Shown here piece by piece: positions 37,007 through 46,313 of a stretch of 64,000 nt of DNA. The notes below the pieces were generated by a model. It did not search any database. It saw only the letters and a list, made by a program, of their open reading frames with translations, and was not told the DNA's origin. The position numbers and the translations under genes were made by a program. Position 1 is the stretch's first letter, and the number at the start of each line of letters is the position of its first letter. Origin of the DNA: Chloroflexota bacterium (GTDB lineage: Bacteria; Chloroflexota; UBA11872; UBA12225); assembly GCA_009693165.1 (NCBI GenBank), contig SHXX01000003.1, positions 2,721 to 66,720 of the forward strand. Direction: 5' to 3'.

Positions 37007-39358
37007 TCACGAGAGGCGCAAGACCATCGCGCCGAACGCGGGTAACGCCACCTGCACCGTCGTTCCGGAAAGCGATGCCGACGCGCCCGCGGTCGCGAAT
37101 TCGATTTGCAATGACGGGCTGTCCGCTGCACTGATCGCCGCCGGATCAGCAAAGGTCAGCCCACCCGCTGTGGGTGAAGGCGCTGGGTTGGTCAAGAACA
37201 CCAGCGATCCTCCGGACGGAACCAGCCTGATTGACGTTAGGATTGCCAAGTCTTCGGATGGAAGTACCCGGCGAGGGACCGACTCCACCAAGCGTGTTAC
37301 CCAACGCCTGATCGCCTCGTTATCGGCCGGATCTCCCGTACCGGGTTCGTGACCAATCCTCGAAAACCCGACTACTGCCGACGTTCCATCATGGATTTGC
37401 GCCCGATACGCCGCGACGGTGTTCCCCACTTCCGAACCGGGTTGAACCGACACTACCTGGAGGATCGGTTCCGCATTGTTCGGCAATGGAGCCGGGTACA
37501 CCACGCCGTACCCCGCGCCGTCGAAACTTCCAAGATCCGCATCCCGCAAACGCAACGGCGGCGCAGCGATAACTTCCCGACCCATTGCAACCGGCCAAAG
37601 AAACGTCGAGCGGAACGCCATGCCGTCGCGTTGTCGTCGCGGAGGCGCTGGAAAGGTAATCAGGTTGCCCCCGCGCAGTGTATGGACAACGAGACGCCCG
37701 TACCGTTCCAGATCAATCCATCTACGCGCCGGAAAGATCGCGGCGACGGTCTCCTCACTACCTGGCCCGAACCCGAACCGGTCGACATCACTCACTTTGA
37801 CTTGGAAACCCGCCAGACGCATTGCCATGAAAAGCGATGCCCGGTCCTCGCGCCACCGCAGGGAATTGCCAGGCATTCCAACCGTGGCGATGTCATCGGG
37901 GTCGGCGCCCGCGTACGCCGGATCATCGATCCAGACGACTGGATCTGTCAGATGGGTCGACGCCACCAACTCGTCTTCATGGTCCGCGACAAATGCAATG
38001 AATGCCGCGATTTCTCGGTCGGGCATCCAAGTCTCACTGATCGTCAGTGAGACAATTCCTTCACCAACCGCCGCGACAAGCGACGCAATCCGCCCTTCAT
38101 CCGTTCCGCCCCGATCTACCAGCGAAATCATGGGAGGATGGTCATCATCCAAGCGTCCAACTACTGAGGACGCAACCCACGCCACATCGGAAACCCGCGC
38201 CTCGGTCCTGGTGATGCCTTGCAGGAACTCCGTGTCGTCCCTGTTGACAGGCGAAGTGACGACCCCCACTCCCGGAAGTCCCGCCCAACCACTCTCTACC
38301 ATCGCGCATGGGATGCCCGGCAAGACGCGTTCGACCGTCTTCCTCAGGTCCCGGGAATAGGCCGAGCGCACGTACCCGACAAACTCGTGCCAGTCAGCAA
38401 ACTGCCCGGGCGAAAGTTCCCGCCCGGTCCGTCCGCCAGGTTCCCTAGCGCCACGCCGGCCACTGCCGGGTTCCGGCCAGAACGATCCTGCCGGTACCTT
38501 CACCTCGCTCCGACCAAGCCACTTCGAAATCCGGGACACGACCCGTGCCATGCTCGACGGCCGCACCGCGCTGCGATCCGATCCGTCAAGGGCCCTTAGA
38601 TCCGGGGGGTTTGGACAATCGCGGGTCAGTCCCGGCCAGGCCCACTCGCGCGCAATGGCGATGTCACTGTCGTAGCGACGACGCAACCACGAACGCCACT
38701 CAACGAGCAGCGCGTCGTCCGCACCATCCCGCAACCACGAGTGCGAACTGGTTGGCTTGACCCCGGTGTCGATCATGAATCCGGCAATGGGCGCCCGGTC
38801 GCCCTGCCCTACCGAAGACGCTAGCGATCCCAACCACCGGTCCGCCCGGTCACGGACTTCCGAACCGGGAAACCCCTGGCAATGGCCCTTGCTTGGGGAC
38901 GCGGGACGCCCAGGCGGTGTATCGACCGGTCCTGGAGGGACGTCCGTCATATCTGCCATCACCCAGACATCGAGACCCGCCTGCGAAGCCAAGGCTATAG
39001 CTTCAGCAACGACGTGGGCGGCTTCGTCATCCTGAGCCTGAACGCCAGACGCGTGCCAGGCCCATCCAACTTCGAGGCGTACCCCGGTAACCCCAGGGGC
39101 AGACCATTCACCAACCCGCCGACGCAAGGCCTCGGCCCGGACCCCATCCAGGCGCACGCCAACCAGGACTGGAATGTAGGGCCGGTCACCACGGTAGAAA
39201 AGACCGTAAGCGACGAGTTGTCGGGGATCGTTCACAAGGTCTTCCCACAAAGGGCCAAGGTGACTTTTGGCAAAGGCATGAGTTGGGTGGGTGGCCACAA
39301 TGGCCGCCCGCGATGGTTCATGTGCGCGGGTCGAAGTTCTGTCGATGCGCCAAACCAA
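37007..39358 (-). CDS. Large hypothetical protein (783 aa), possibly a glycoside-hydrolase-like / TIM-barrel enzyme
   Basis: Long ORF with non-repetitive composition and no recognisable catalytic motif by eye. The function is unassigned. Confidence 0.55.
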   Translation of the reverse strand: MVWRIDRTSTRAHEPSRAAIVATHPTHAFAKSHLGPLWEDLVNDPRQLVAYGLFYRGDRPYIPVLVGVRLDGVRAEALRRRVGEWSAPGVTGVRLEVGWAWHASGVQAQDDEAAHVVAEAIALASQAGLDVWVMADMTDVPPGPVDTPPGRPASPSKGHCQGFPGSEVRDRADRWLGSLASSVGQGDRAPIAGFMIDTGVKPTSSHSWLRDGADDALLVEWRSWLRRRYDSDIAIAREWAWPGLTRDCPNPPDLRALDGSDRSAVRPSSMARVVSRISKWLGRSEVKVPAGSFWPEPGSGRRGAREPGGRTGRELSPGQFADWHEFVGYVRSAYSRDLRKTVERVLPGIPCAMVESGWAGLPGVGVVTSPVNRDDTEFLQGITRTEARVSDVAWVASSVVGRLDDDHPPMISLVDRGGTDEGRIASLVAAVGEGIVSLTISETWMPDREIAAFIAFVADHEDELVASTHLTDPVVWIDDPAYAGADPDDIATVGMPGNSLRWREDRASLFMAMRLAGFQVKVSDVDRFGFGPGSEETVAAIFPARRWIDLERYGRLVVHTLRGGNLITFPAPPRRQRDGMAFRSTFLWPVAMGREVIAAPPLRLRDADLGSFDGAGYGVVYPAPLPNNAEPILQVVSVQPGSEVGNTVAAYRAQIHDGTSAVVGFSRIGHEPGTGDPADNEAIRRWVTRLVESVPRRVLPSEDLAILTSIRLVPSGGSLVFLTNPAPSPTAGGLTFADPAAISAADSPSLQIEFATAGASASLSGTTVQVALPAFGAMVLRLS

Positions 39359-39592
39359 AACGGAGTAGGATGGAGTTTGTCACACAATCACCGGAGGGGA
39401 GAGGGTCCACGTCAAAAGGCGCGACGTCGCAAGCGTAACCCGGTCGGACCAGTTCGCCCCCGGCACGGTCTGGGTGTCGGTGGCCAGTATGCGGTCCGAT
39501 CCCGACGCCACCGGCCCGCGCCCGGCGCCGTGACGCCAAGGCAATAAACCCAACCCCTGCCGGGGGCCACGTCGATCGGGGGATGATGCGCG

Positions 39593-41635
39593 ATGAAGGT
39601 CTTTGCACCCGGGGCGATCCGAAATGTCGGCCTGTTCGGCCACATGGGAAACGGCAAGACATCACTTAGCGAAGCAATGTTGCATACTGCCGCAGCGATC
39701 TCGCGGATGGGTCGCATTGACGATGGCACCACGACATCCGACTTCGACACGGACGAACACCGGCGACGCATGTCGATCAATCTGTCGCTCCTGCCCTTCA
39801 CGTGGCGCGAGACCAAGATCAACCTGATCGATGTTCCCGGCTACGCCGACTTCGTCGGCGAACTGCGCGCCACGCAACGGGTCGTTGATGGCGCAATCCT
39901 GGTCAGTTGTGCGATCGCTGGTCTTGAGGTAGGGACCGAGCAGGCCTGGCTGAGTTGTGCGCGACGCAACCTCCCGCGCATCGCCGTCATCAACCGGATG
40001 GATCGTGAGAATGCCGACTTCATCGGCACGCTCGGCCAGTTGCGCGACCAGTTCGGGAATTCGGTCATCGCCATTCAACTACCAATCGGAACCCGTGACA
40101 CCTACTCCGGGCACGTGGACCTGATCTCCCGAAAGGCATTCGCCTACGGTGCGAATGGGGCAATCACCGAAGTACCAATCCCGTCAGATCTCGAGGTCAC
40201 CGCAAACCGATTGGCGGACACTCTCACCGAGGTTGTCGCGGAAACTGACGACACCCTCACAATGAAGTTCCTCGAGGGCGAAACACTTACCGACGCCGAG
40301 GTTCGGGGTGCCCTCCGGACAGCGGTTCGTGTTGGCACCATCACGCCGGTGTTGGCTACCGCGGGTACTGCCAGCAAGGGGATTGCCGCACTTCTCGATG
40401 CCATCGTCGACCTGCTTCCTTCCCCGGCGGACATCGATGGCGCCACACCAGACGGCCCACTCGCGGCCCTCGTCTTCAAGACCCTCGCAGATCCCTTCAT
40501 TGGCAAGTTGACATTCTTCCGTGTCTACTCCGGAACCCTTCACGCCGATTCGTCGGTCTGGAACGGGTCACACGAACGGGACGAACGCATCGGTTCCCTC
40601 ATGACAATGCGGGGAAAGACGCATGAAATCGCCGCATTGGTTCCTGCCGGCGACATCGGCGCGGTTGCGAAACTTGCAGTAACCACCACCGGCGACACCC
40701 TTTGTAGCCGGGACCACCTGGTCGCGCTTGACCCTCCGGACTTCCCGGCCCCGATGTTCGGCGCCGCTGTTGAGGCGCGTGCCAGGGCCGATCTGGACCG
40801 AATGGGCGCGGCACTCCAACGCATCCAGGACGAAGATCCAACCATCAAGGTCAACCGCGATACCGAAACCGGTCAGACCATCATCTCTGGCATGGGCGAC
40901 AACCACATTGACATCACCCTCGAGAAGATCAAGCGCAAGTTCGGCGCCGACCTCCGCGTCGAACCGATGCGCATTGCCTACCGCGAGACTATCCGGGGTA
41001 AGACGCGGGCAGACGGGCGCTTTGTCCGACAGACCGGTGGCAGCGGCCAGTACGGCGTGTGCTCGATTGAACTTGAACCGATGCCCCGTGGTGCGGGCTA
41101 CGAGTTCGTCGACCGAATTGTTGGCGGTGTCATCTCGGGGTCTTTCCGTCAGGCAGTTGGCAAAGGCATCCAGGAGAAGATGGCCGACGGAGTGCTTGCC
41201 GGTTACCCGATGGTCGACATCAAGGTCACCCTTATAGACGGAAAGGAACACGCTGTCGACTCATCGGAAATGGCCTTCAAGATTGCCGGGTCACTTGCCT
41301 TCCAGAAAGGGATCGAGCAGGCCGGTGCGATCCTCCTGGAACCGGTGATGAGGGTGGCAATCACCGTGCCCGACGGAAACACCGGTGGCATCATGAGTGA
41401 CCTTTCGACCAAGCGCGGACGAGTGACCGGCATGAACCCGAACGGAGATGGCACTACCACCGTCGATGCCGAAGTGCCAATGGGCGAGATGGTGCGGTAC
41501 GCGACGGACTTGCGATCACTCACGCAGGGCCGGGGCACATTCACGACGACGTTTGACCACTATGAGGAGATGCCCGGCACTGTCTCCCAGAAGGTGATCG
41601 AGGACGCCAAGTCGCGCAAGGCCGAACGTGGGTGA
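39593..41635 (+). CDS. Elongation factor G-like translational GTPase (EF-G paralog)
   Basis: 680 aa. G1 GHMGNGKTS, G3 DVPGYADF and G4 NRMD. EF-G domain II-V-like C-terminus. It is not in the str operon context, so it is likely a second EF-G or an EF-G2-type protein. Confidence 0.8.
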   Translation: MKVFAPGAIRNVGLFGHMGNGKTSLSEAMLHTAAAISRMGRIDDGTTTSDFDTDEHRRRMSINLSLLPFTWRETKINLIDVPGYADFVGELRATQRVVDGAILVSCAIAGLEVGTEQAWLSCARRNLPRIAVINRMDRENADFIGTLGQLRDQFGNSVIAIQLPIGTRDTYSGHVDLISRKAFAYGANGAITEVPIPSDLEVTANRLADTLTEVVAETDDTLTMKFLEGETLTDAEVRGALRTAVRVGTITPVLATAGTASKGIAALLDAIVDLLPSPADIDGATPDGPLAALVFKTLADPFIGKLTFFRVYSGTLHADSSVWNGSHERDERIGSLMTMRGKTHEIAALVPAGDIGAVAKLAVTTTGDTLCSRDHLVALDPPDFPAPMFGAAVEARARADLDRMGAALQRIQDEDPTIKVNRDTETGQTIISGMGDNHIDITLEKIKRKFGADLRVEPMRIAYRETIRGKTRADGRFVRQTGGSGQYGVCSIELEPMPRGAGYEFVDRIVGGVISGSFRQAVGKGIQEKMADGVLAGYPMVDIKVTLIDGKEHAVDSSEMAFKIAGSLAFQKGIEQAGAILLEPVMRVAITVPDGNTGGIMSDLSTKRGRVTGMNPNGDGTTTVDAEVPMGEMVRYATDLRSLTQGRGTFTTTFDHYEEMPGTVSQKVIEDAKSRKAERG

Positions 41636-41665
41636 CAAATGCGTCGCACTCGCTGACCGCAATGC

Positions 41666-41695
41666 TTGACGGCCTCAGAATATCGGGGGTATAGT
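41666..41695 (+). promoter_or_regulatory. Sigma-70-like promoter for the tyrS leader
   Basis: TTGACG-18 nt-TATAGT. The predicted TSS near 41702 gives a leader of about 205 nt. Confidence 0.4.
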
Positions 41696-41839
41696 ACGAT
41701 CGGAATGAGGCCGTTGAGCGCGCGGGTACCCATGTGCACGATCGCGGATTTGCTTGGGATATCGGTGTGCGCGGCCTCCTATTCGTACCGCATCCCGGTG
41801 TAAGCAAGGGCCCTCTGGGCCACTGCAAGCACCGGGTCA

Positions 41840-41870
41840 GGCAGGGGATTTTTCCTCTGCCTTTTTTGTT
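41840..41870 (+). terminator. Intrinsic terminator within the tyrS 5' leader (attenuator; T-box-type control suspected)
   Basis: GGCAGGGGA-TTTT-TCCTCTGCC (9-bp stem with one G-U) followed by TTTTTTGTT, located 36 nt upstream of the tyrS ATG. Confidence 0.55.
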
Positions 41871-41906
41871 GCCCGATTGGGCAATCCTGCCGGGGGAACG
41901 CCAACG

Positions 41907-43217
41907 ATGACCGCGCTGACAACACCCGCCCAGCCCCTGGCCACGTCCGCCACGGGTGCGCATTCGTCAGTCCTGGACACCCTGCGCGAACGGGGGTTCC
42001 TCTACCAATGTTCGGATGAGGACGGGCTTGGCCGTGCCCTGTCCGCCGGCCCGGTCACCTACTACGTCGGCTTCGACCCTACCGCGACGTCCCTCCATAT
42101 CGGCAACCTGATCCAGGTCATGGCCATGACGCACCTCCAGAAGGCAGGGCACCGGCCTATCGCCCTCATTGGAGGTGGCACCACGATGGTCGGCGACCCG
42201 ACTGGTCGCACCAGTGCCCGGCCAATCATGACCCGGGTAGAGATCGAGTCGAACGCCACCCACTTTCGCGGGCAGATCGCCCACTTCCTCGACCTGTCCA
42301 AGGGCCAAGGGTTCCTGGTGGACAATGCCGAATGGCTTCTCGACCTGAACTACATCGCCTTCCTGCGCGACTACGGTCGCCACTTTTCGGTCAATGACAT
42401 GCTTCGCGCCGAGGCATACCGTTCACGCCTCGAAACAGGCCTGACCTTCCTCGAGTTCAACTACATGCTCTTGCAGGCGTATGACTTCCTTGAAGCATTC
42501 CGCCGGCATGGGTGCACCTTGCAGCTTGGGGGAAGCGACCAGTGGGCGAACATCCTCGCCGGTGCTGACCTCATTCGTCGCGTCGAAAATGCTCCTGCAT
42601 ACGCGCTGACGACGCCGCTTCTCCTGACATCGACCGGCGAGAAGATGGGCAAGACTGCCTCGGGGGAACGCGTGTGGCTTGACCGCGACCAGACGTCACC
42701 ATTCGAGTACTACCAATTCTGGGTCAACTGCGATGACCGGGACGTCGCCCGCCTCCTGGCCTACTTCACCTATCTCCCAATGGACGAGATCAGGGACCTG
42801 ACGGCTACCGAGGGTGCGGGCCTGCGGGCAGCCAAGCAGCGACTGGCTTACGAGGCGACCGTCCTTGCCCATGGCACTGCCGACGCCGACGCCGCACGTT
42901 CGGCCTCGTCTGCCCTGTTTGGGAACACCGATGGTGACCGTGCGACCCTCGACGATCTCGTTGATGCGCCTTCGATCCCATCCATCCCGATCGACGCCTC
43001 TCGGCTACAAGACGGCATCTTGATTGTCGACCTCTTCGTCCACGCAGGCCTTGCCGACTCGCGTGGAGCGGCACGGCGCCTGATAGACGGCGGTGGCGCA
43101 ACCCTGAACGAGGCGCGGGTAGACAGCCTGCTCACGGTCGGCACTGATGCGCTGCACCGAGGCATCCTGATCCTCCGTGCAGGCAAGAAGCGCTACGTCC
43201 GCATCACGGTCTCCTGA
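41907..43217 (+). CDS. tyrS: Tyrosine--tRNA ligase
   Basis: ORF 41754..43217. The start is ATG 41907 (GGGGGAA RBS). HIGN (class I HIGH) and KMGKT (KMSKS) motifs. C-terminal S4 domain. Confidence 0.9.
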   Translation: MTALTTPAQPLATSATGAHSSVLDTLRERGFLYQCSDEDGLGRALSAGPVTYYVGFDPTATSLHIGNLIQVMAMTHLQKAGHRPIALIGGGTTMVGDPTGRTSARPIMTRVEIESNATHFRGQIAHFLDLSKGQGFLVDNAEWLLDLNYIAFLRDYGRHFSVNDMLRAEAYRSRLETGLTFLEFNYMLLQAYDFLEAFRRHGCTLQLGGSDQWANILAGADLIRRVENAPAYALTTPLLLTSTGEKMGKTASGERVWLDRDQTSPFEYYQFWVNCDDRDVARLLAYFTYLPMDEIRDLTATEGAGLRAAKQRLAYEATVLAHGTADADAARSASSALFGNTDGDRATLDDLVDAPSIPSIPIDASRLQDGILIVDLFVHAGLADSRGAARRLIDGGGATLNEARVDSLLTVGTDALHRGILILRAGKKRYVRITVS

Positions 43218-43350
43218 GGGCACCCCTTTCCCCGCTCCCTTCGCAACAGGGGAGACCAAGAGGGTGGAGGTATCACGCCGAACGGCGTTCACAGGTTGTG
43301 AACTGTGCTCGCACCCTATTGAACCGTCCTTGCGCTCATGCCGGGATACC

Positions 43351-43381
43351 GGGGAGGGGCAGGTTTCACCTGCCCCTCCCC
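43351..43381 (+). terminator. Perfect 13-bp GC-rich hairpin downstream of tyrS (possible U-tract-less terminator or structured RNA element)
   Basis: GGGGAGGGGCAGG-TTTCA-CCTGCCCCTCCCC with no U-tract after it. It lies 134 nt after the tyrS stop and 58 nt before truB. Confidence 0.35.
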
Positions 43382-43438
43382 GGGCGGGCGGCACCTGATT
43401 GCCTATACTGCACCGCCCGGAGGCCACCGACACCCACC

Positions 43439-44431
43439 ATGGACGCGATCTTCACTGTCGACAAGCCAGTCGGCCCGACCTCCCACAACGTCGTGGCACG
43501 CATCCGACGGGCATCCGGCCAACGACGCGTCGGCCATGCCGGGACACTTGATCCATTGGCCTCTGGCGTCCTTGTCATCGCACTCGGCACTGCCACACGC
43601 CTCCTCGAATACCTGACCAGCGACGACAAGACCTACGTGGCCGACGTGACTTTCGGGGTGACCACGCGCACCTACGACCGAGAAGGCGATGTGGTCACGC
43701 GGACGGATCCAGCCGGGATCGATGCAACAGTCGTCGAATCCCAACTGGACCGGTTCCGGGGCACAATTCAGCAGCGTCCCCCGGCATTCTCAGCAGTGAG
43801 CGTGAACGGCAAACGGATGTACGACTTGGCACGACGCGGGATTGAAGTGGAAATCCCTGTCCGGACGGTCACCATCAGTTCGCTGACCCTCGATGAGTGG
43901 ACGCCCCCAACCGCACGACTTACCGTGACGTGCACCAAGGGAACCTATATCCGAAGCCTTGCCCACGACATTGGTGAATCCACCGGGGTCGGGGCGCACT
44001 TGAGTGGACTGCGACGAACCCGATCCGGACGGTTCGTGATCGACGATGCCCCTGCCCTGGAAGACCTGCTTGAGGCACTGCGCCAACGCTCCTGGCATCG
44101 ATTCGCAACGTCACCCGAAACCGCAATCGACCACTTGCCAACCATTCACCTGTCCCTCGTTCAGGCACGCGACATCGACCAGGGACGCCCAATTCTCGCC
44201 GCTGCATCAAGTCCCGTGTATGCCACAAACCCAGATGGCCCACGTCGTGCACGTGCCCTGGATCCCGAAGGACGACTGGCCGCCATCGTGACCGCCGATC
44301 CCGCACGGCCCGATTTCTGGCGACCGGAAAAGGTCTTCCACACCGCGCCAACGTCGCAACTCCCGTCACACCCGACGACCGTTGGCACTCACGAACCCGA
44401 CGGTTCCAACACCGGCGACGGTTACCCTTAG
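43439..44431 (+). CDS. truB: tRNA pseudouridine(55) synthase
   Basis: ORF 43298..44431. The start is ATG 43439 (MDAIFTVDKPVGPTSH). GHAGTLDPLASGVL catalytic Asp motif. C-terminal PUA-like extension. Confidence 0.85.
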   Translation: MDAIFTVDKPVGPTSHNVVARIRRASGQRRVGHAGTLDPLASGVLVIALGTATRLLEYLTSDDKTYVADVTFGVTTRTYDREGDVVTRTDPAGIDATVVESQLDRFRGTIQQRPPAFSAVSVNGKRMYDLARRGIEVEIPVRTVTISSLTLDEWTPPTARLTVTCTKGTYIRSLAHDIGESTGVGAHLSGLRRTRSGRFVIDDAPALEDLLEALRQRSWHRFATSPETAIDHLPTIHLSLVQARDIDQGRPILAAASSPVYATNPDGPRRARALDPEGRLAAIVTADPARPDFWRPEKVFHTAPTSQLPSHPTTVGTHEPDGSNTGDGYP

Positions 44432-44458
44432 CCGAGTGGGCGACCCCTGCGGCCCCCC

Positions 44459-45553
44459 GTGGGCAGTGAGATGAACCCGCCACTTCGACGACACAAGTCA
44501 GGCTACGCCCGTATGCATGATCCTGCCCCAGATCTCACCCACGTCGCGGGGCCACCCGACAGGCAAATCTTCGACTTGACCCGCATCACGTTTGTGCGGG
44601 GTACACTGCCACCCGTGGTCGCCCGCGATGCGGTAGTGGCTATCGGCAACTTCGACGGCGTGCATCGCGGCCATGCGGGATTGATTACGCACGCGCGTCG
44701 TGAAGCCACGAGACGCGGCATCGAATGCGTTGTCCTCACCTTCGACCCACACCCCGCACATGTTCTCCGCCCGAATGACCCGACGCCCCTCGTCAGCACA
44801 CCGGTTGAGCGAGCCGCTTGGATGCATGCACTAGGCGTCGACCATGTTTTGGTGTGGCCCTTCGACGCTGATGTGCAAACCCAAACCCCGGAAGCATTCG
44901 TTCGATCCGTCTCGCGCTTCGCACGACCCCGCGCGATCATCCACGGACCCGGGTTCGCCATCGGCCGTGGAAGGGCCGGAACCTCGGCGGTGCTGTCAGA
45001 CGTCGGGCGCACTCACGGGTTCGAGATGATTGAAGTTGCGCCTGTGACGGACACACCTGATGCCACCGACACCTCCCCACGCATCAGCAGCAGTGCAATC
45101 CGCCGAATGGTCGAGACCGGGTTGATTGCTGACGCCATCACGCATCTTGGGCGTCTCCCAACCTATCTCGGCACGGTGAAGCACGGCAACAAGATGGGCC
45201 GGGCAATTGGGTTCCCAACTGCAAACGTGCATCCTGACGCACCCCGTGCGACGCCTCTGGATGGCGTCTACGCCGCTTGGGTTGAACGACATCCACTGTC
45301 AGCGAATGCCGTGTTCCATGCAGGAGCCATCAGCATTGGTGACCGGCCAACATTCAACGGGACAATCCGTCTCGTTGAGGCATTTCTCCCCGGCTTCGAC
45401 GGTGACCTTTATGACGAGGAACTCCGCCTGCACTTCGTGGCACGACTTCGCGGACAGGTGCGGTTCGATAGCATTGACGCACTCGTCACGCAGATGCACG
45501 CCGACGTGGCGACCTGCCTGCACTTGCTTGGGGAACCAGCGGAACAACAGTAA
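44459..45553 (+). CDS. ribF: Bifunctional riboflavin kinase / FMN adenylyltransferase
   Basis: VVAIGNFDGVHRGH motif and a C-terminal riboflavin kinase domain. The start is ambiguous (44459, 44471 or 44513). Confidence 0.85.
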   Translation: MGSEMNPPLRRHKSGYARMHDPAPDLTHVAGPPDRQIFDLTRITFVRGTLPPVVARDAVVAIGNFDGVHRGHAGLITHARREATRRGIECVVLTFDPHPAHVLRPNDPTPLVSTPVERAAWMHALGVDHVLVWPFDADVQTQTPEAFVRSVSRFARPRAIIHGPGFAIGRGRAGTSAVLSDVGRTHGFEMIEVAPVTDTPDATDTSPRISSSAIRRMVETGLIADAITHLGRLPTYLGTVKHGNKMGRAIGFPTANVHPDAPRATPLDGVYAAWVERHPLSANAVFHAGAISIGDRPTFNGTIRLVEAFLPGFDGDLYDEELRLHFVARLRGQVRFDSIDALVTQMHADVATCLHLLGEPAEQQ

Positions 45554-45656
45554 TTCACCGTCGAAGGGGTGGTGCGCTTGCCACTCCCGATGTCATGGGG
45601 ATTTGGCGGGAACGCAAGTCCAAGGGTTCCGGGCGAACGTACGTCCGGGAATGTCG

Positions 45657-46169
45657 TCAGGGCTTGCGTCGCGGACGGGTAACCGGCGCCGCGCCACCCG
45701 GGCGCGCCACCCGGATCACACGCCGACGCACTACCGGGCGCCCGTCATCCGTATCGTCGGCCTCGAAGGCCGGGGCGCGGACATGCGCCGGCGGTCCATC
45801 GGCATCCGCGGGCGGTTCGGGCGGTATGGTCAGCGTACTCAGCAATGCCAGCACCCGGTCGCCACGTTCGATGCTTCGGTCCAGAACCCAGATCACCTCG
45901 GGTGTCTGCCGGATGGTCAATTCCTCAGCGAGGCGCCTCCGGACGAAGCCAGAGGCACGTTCGAGTGCGCGCATCGTTGACTGACGCTTCGCTTCGTCTC
46001 CCATGATCGAGACGTGCAACTTAGTGACGCTCAAGTCGGCAGCGACGTCGACCTTTGTGATCGAGGTGATGCCCTCAAGCCCGGGATCACGCAACTCGCG
46101 CGCCAAGACCTGACTGACAATCTGTTCAATCACCGAAGCAAGGCGTTCACGTCGACGCGGATCGGGCAT
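45657..46169 (-). CDS. rbfA: Ribosome-binding factor A with a long Pro/Ala/Arg-rich C-terminal extension
   Basis: The ATG at 46169 has GGAAGGTG upstream. The KH-like RbfA core (RLASVIEQIVSQVL...VTKLHVSIMGDE) is followed by an unusual tail of about 70 aa. Confidence 0.75.
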   Translation of the reverse strand: MPDPRRRERLASVIEQIVSQVLARELRDPGLEGITSITKVDVAADLSVTKLHVSIMGDEAKRQSTMRALERASGFVRRRLAEELTIRQTPEVIWVLDRSIERGDRVLALLSTLTIPPEPPADADGPPAHVRAPAFEADDTDDGRPVVRRRVIRVARPGGAAPVTRPRRKP

Positions 46170-46313
46170 CTCGAACACCTTCCGACGGACTGGCCACCGC
46201 CACGACGGGTGACCGGGCAATCCTATAAGCCGGTCACGGACTCCCGTGACCGTTAAGGATCAACATACCACCAAGGTCCCCGGTACGGATGGCCGGCTGC
46301 CAACAGTACGAAC

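Noticed and set aside
36955-37152. N-terminal 66-codon extension of the proB ORF (start at 37152)
   Set aside because: The extension is Arg-rich and non-conserved, and would overlap the upstream 783-aa gene by 146 nt. The ATG at 36954 gives a canonical ProB N-terminus.
37476-38360. 294-aa plus-strand ORF antisense to the 783-aa hypothetical gene, and 37349..38050 (+)
   Set aside because: Arg/Ser/Pro-rich and embedded in a longer, better-supported minus-strand ORF.
41700-41840. Explicit T-box consensus (AGGGUGGNACCGCG) in the tyrS leader
   Set aside because: I could not find a convincing match by eye (only GGGTACC/GTACCGC fragments). The leader is therefore reported only as a terminator-containing attenuator candidate and not as a confirmed T-box.
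45207-45980. 257-aa plus-strand ORF overlapping the ribF 3' end and rbfA
   Set aside because: It is antisense to rbfA, Arg/Cys/Ser-rich, and has no motifs.
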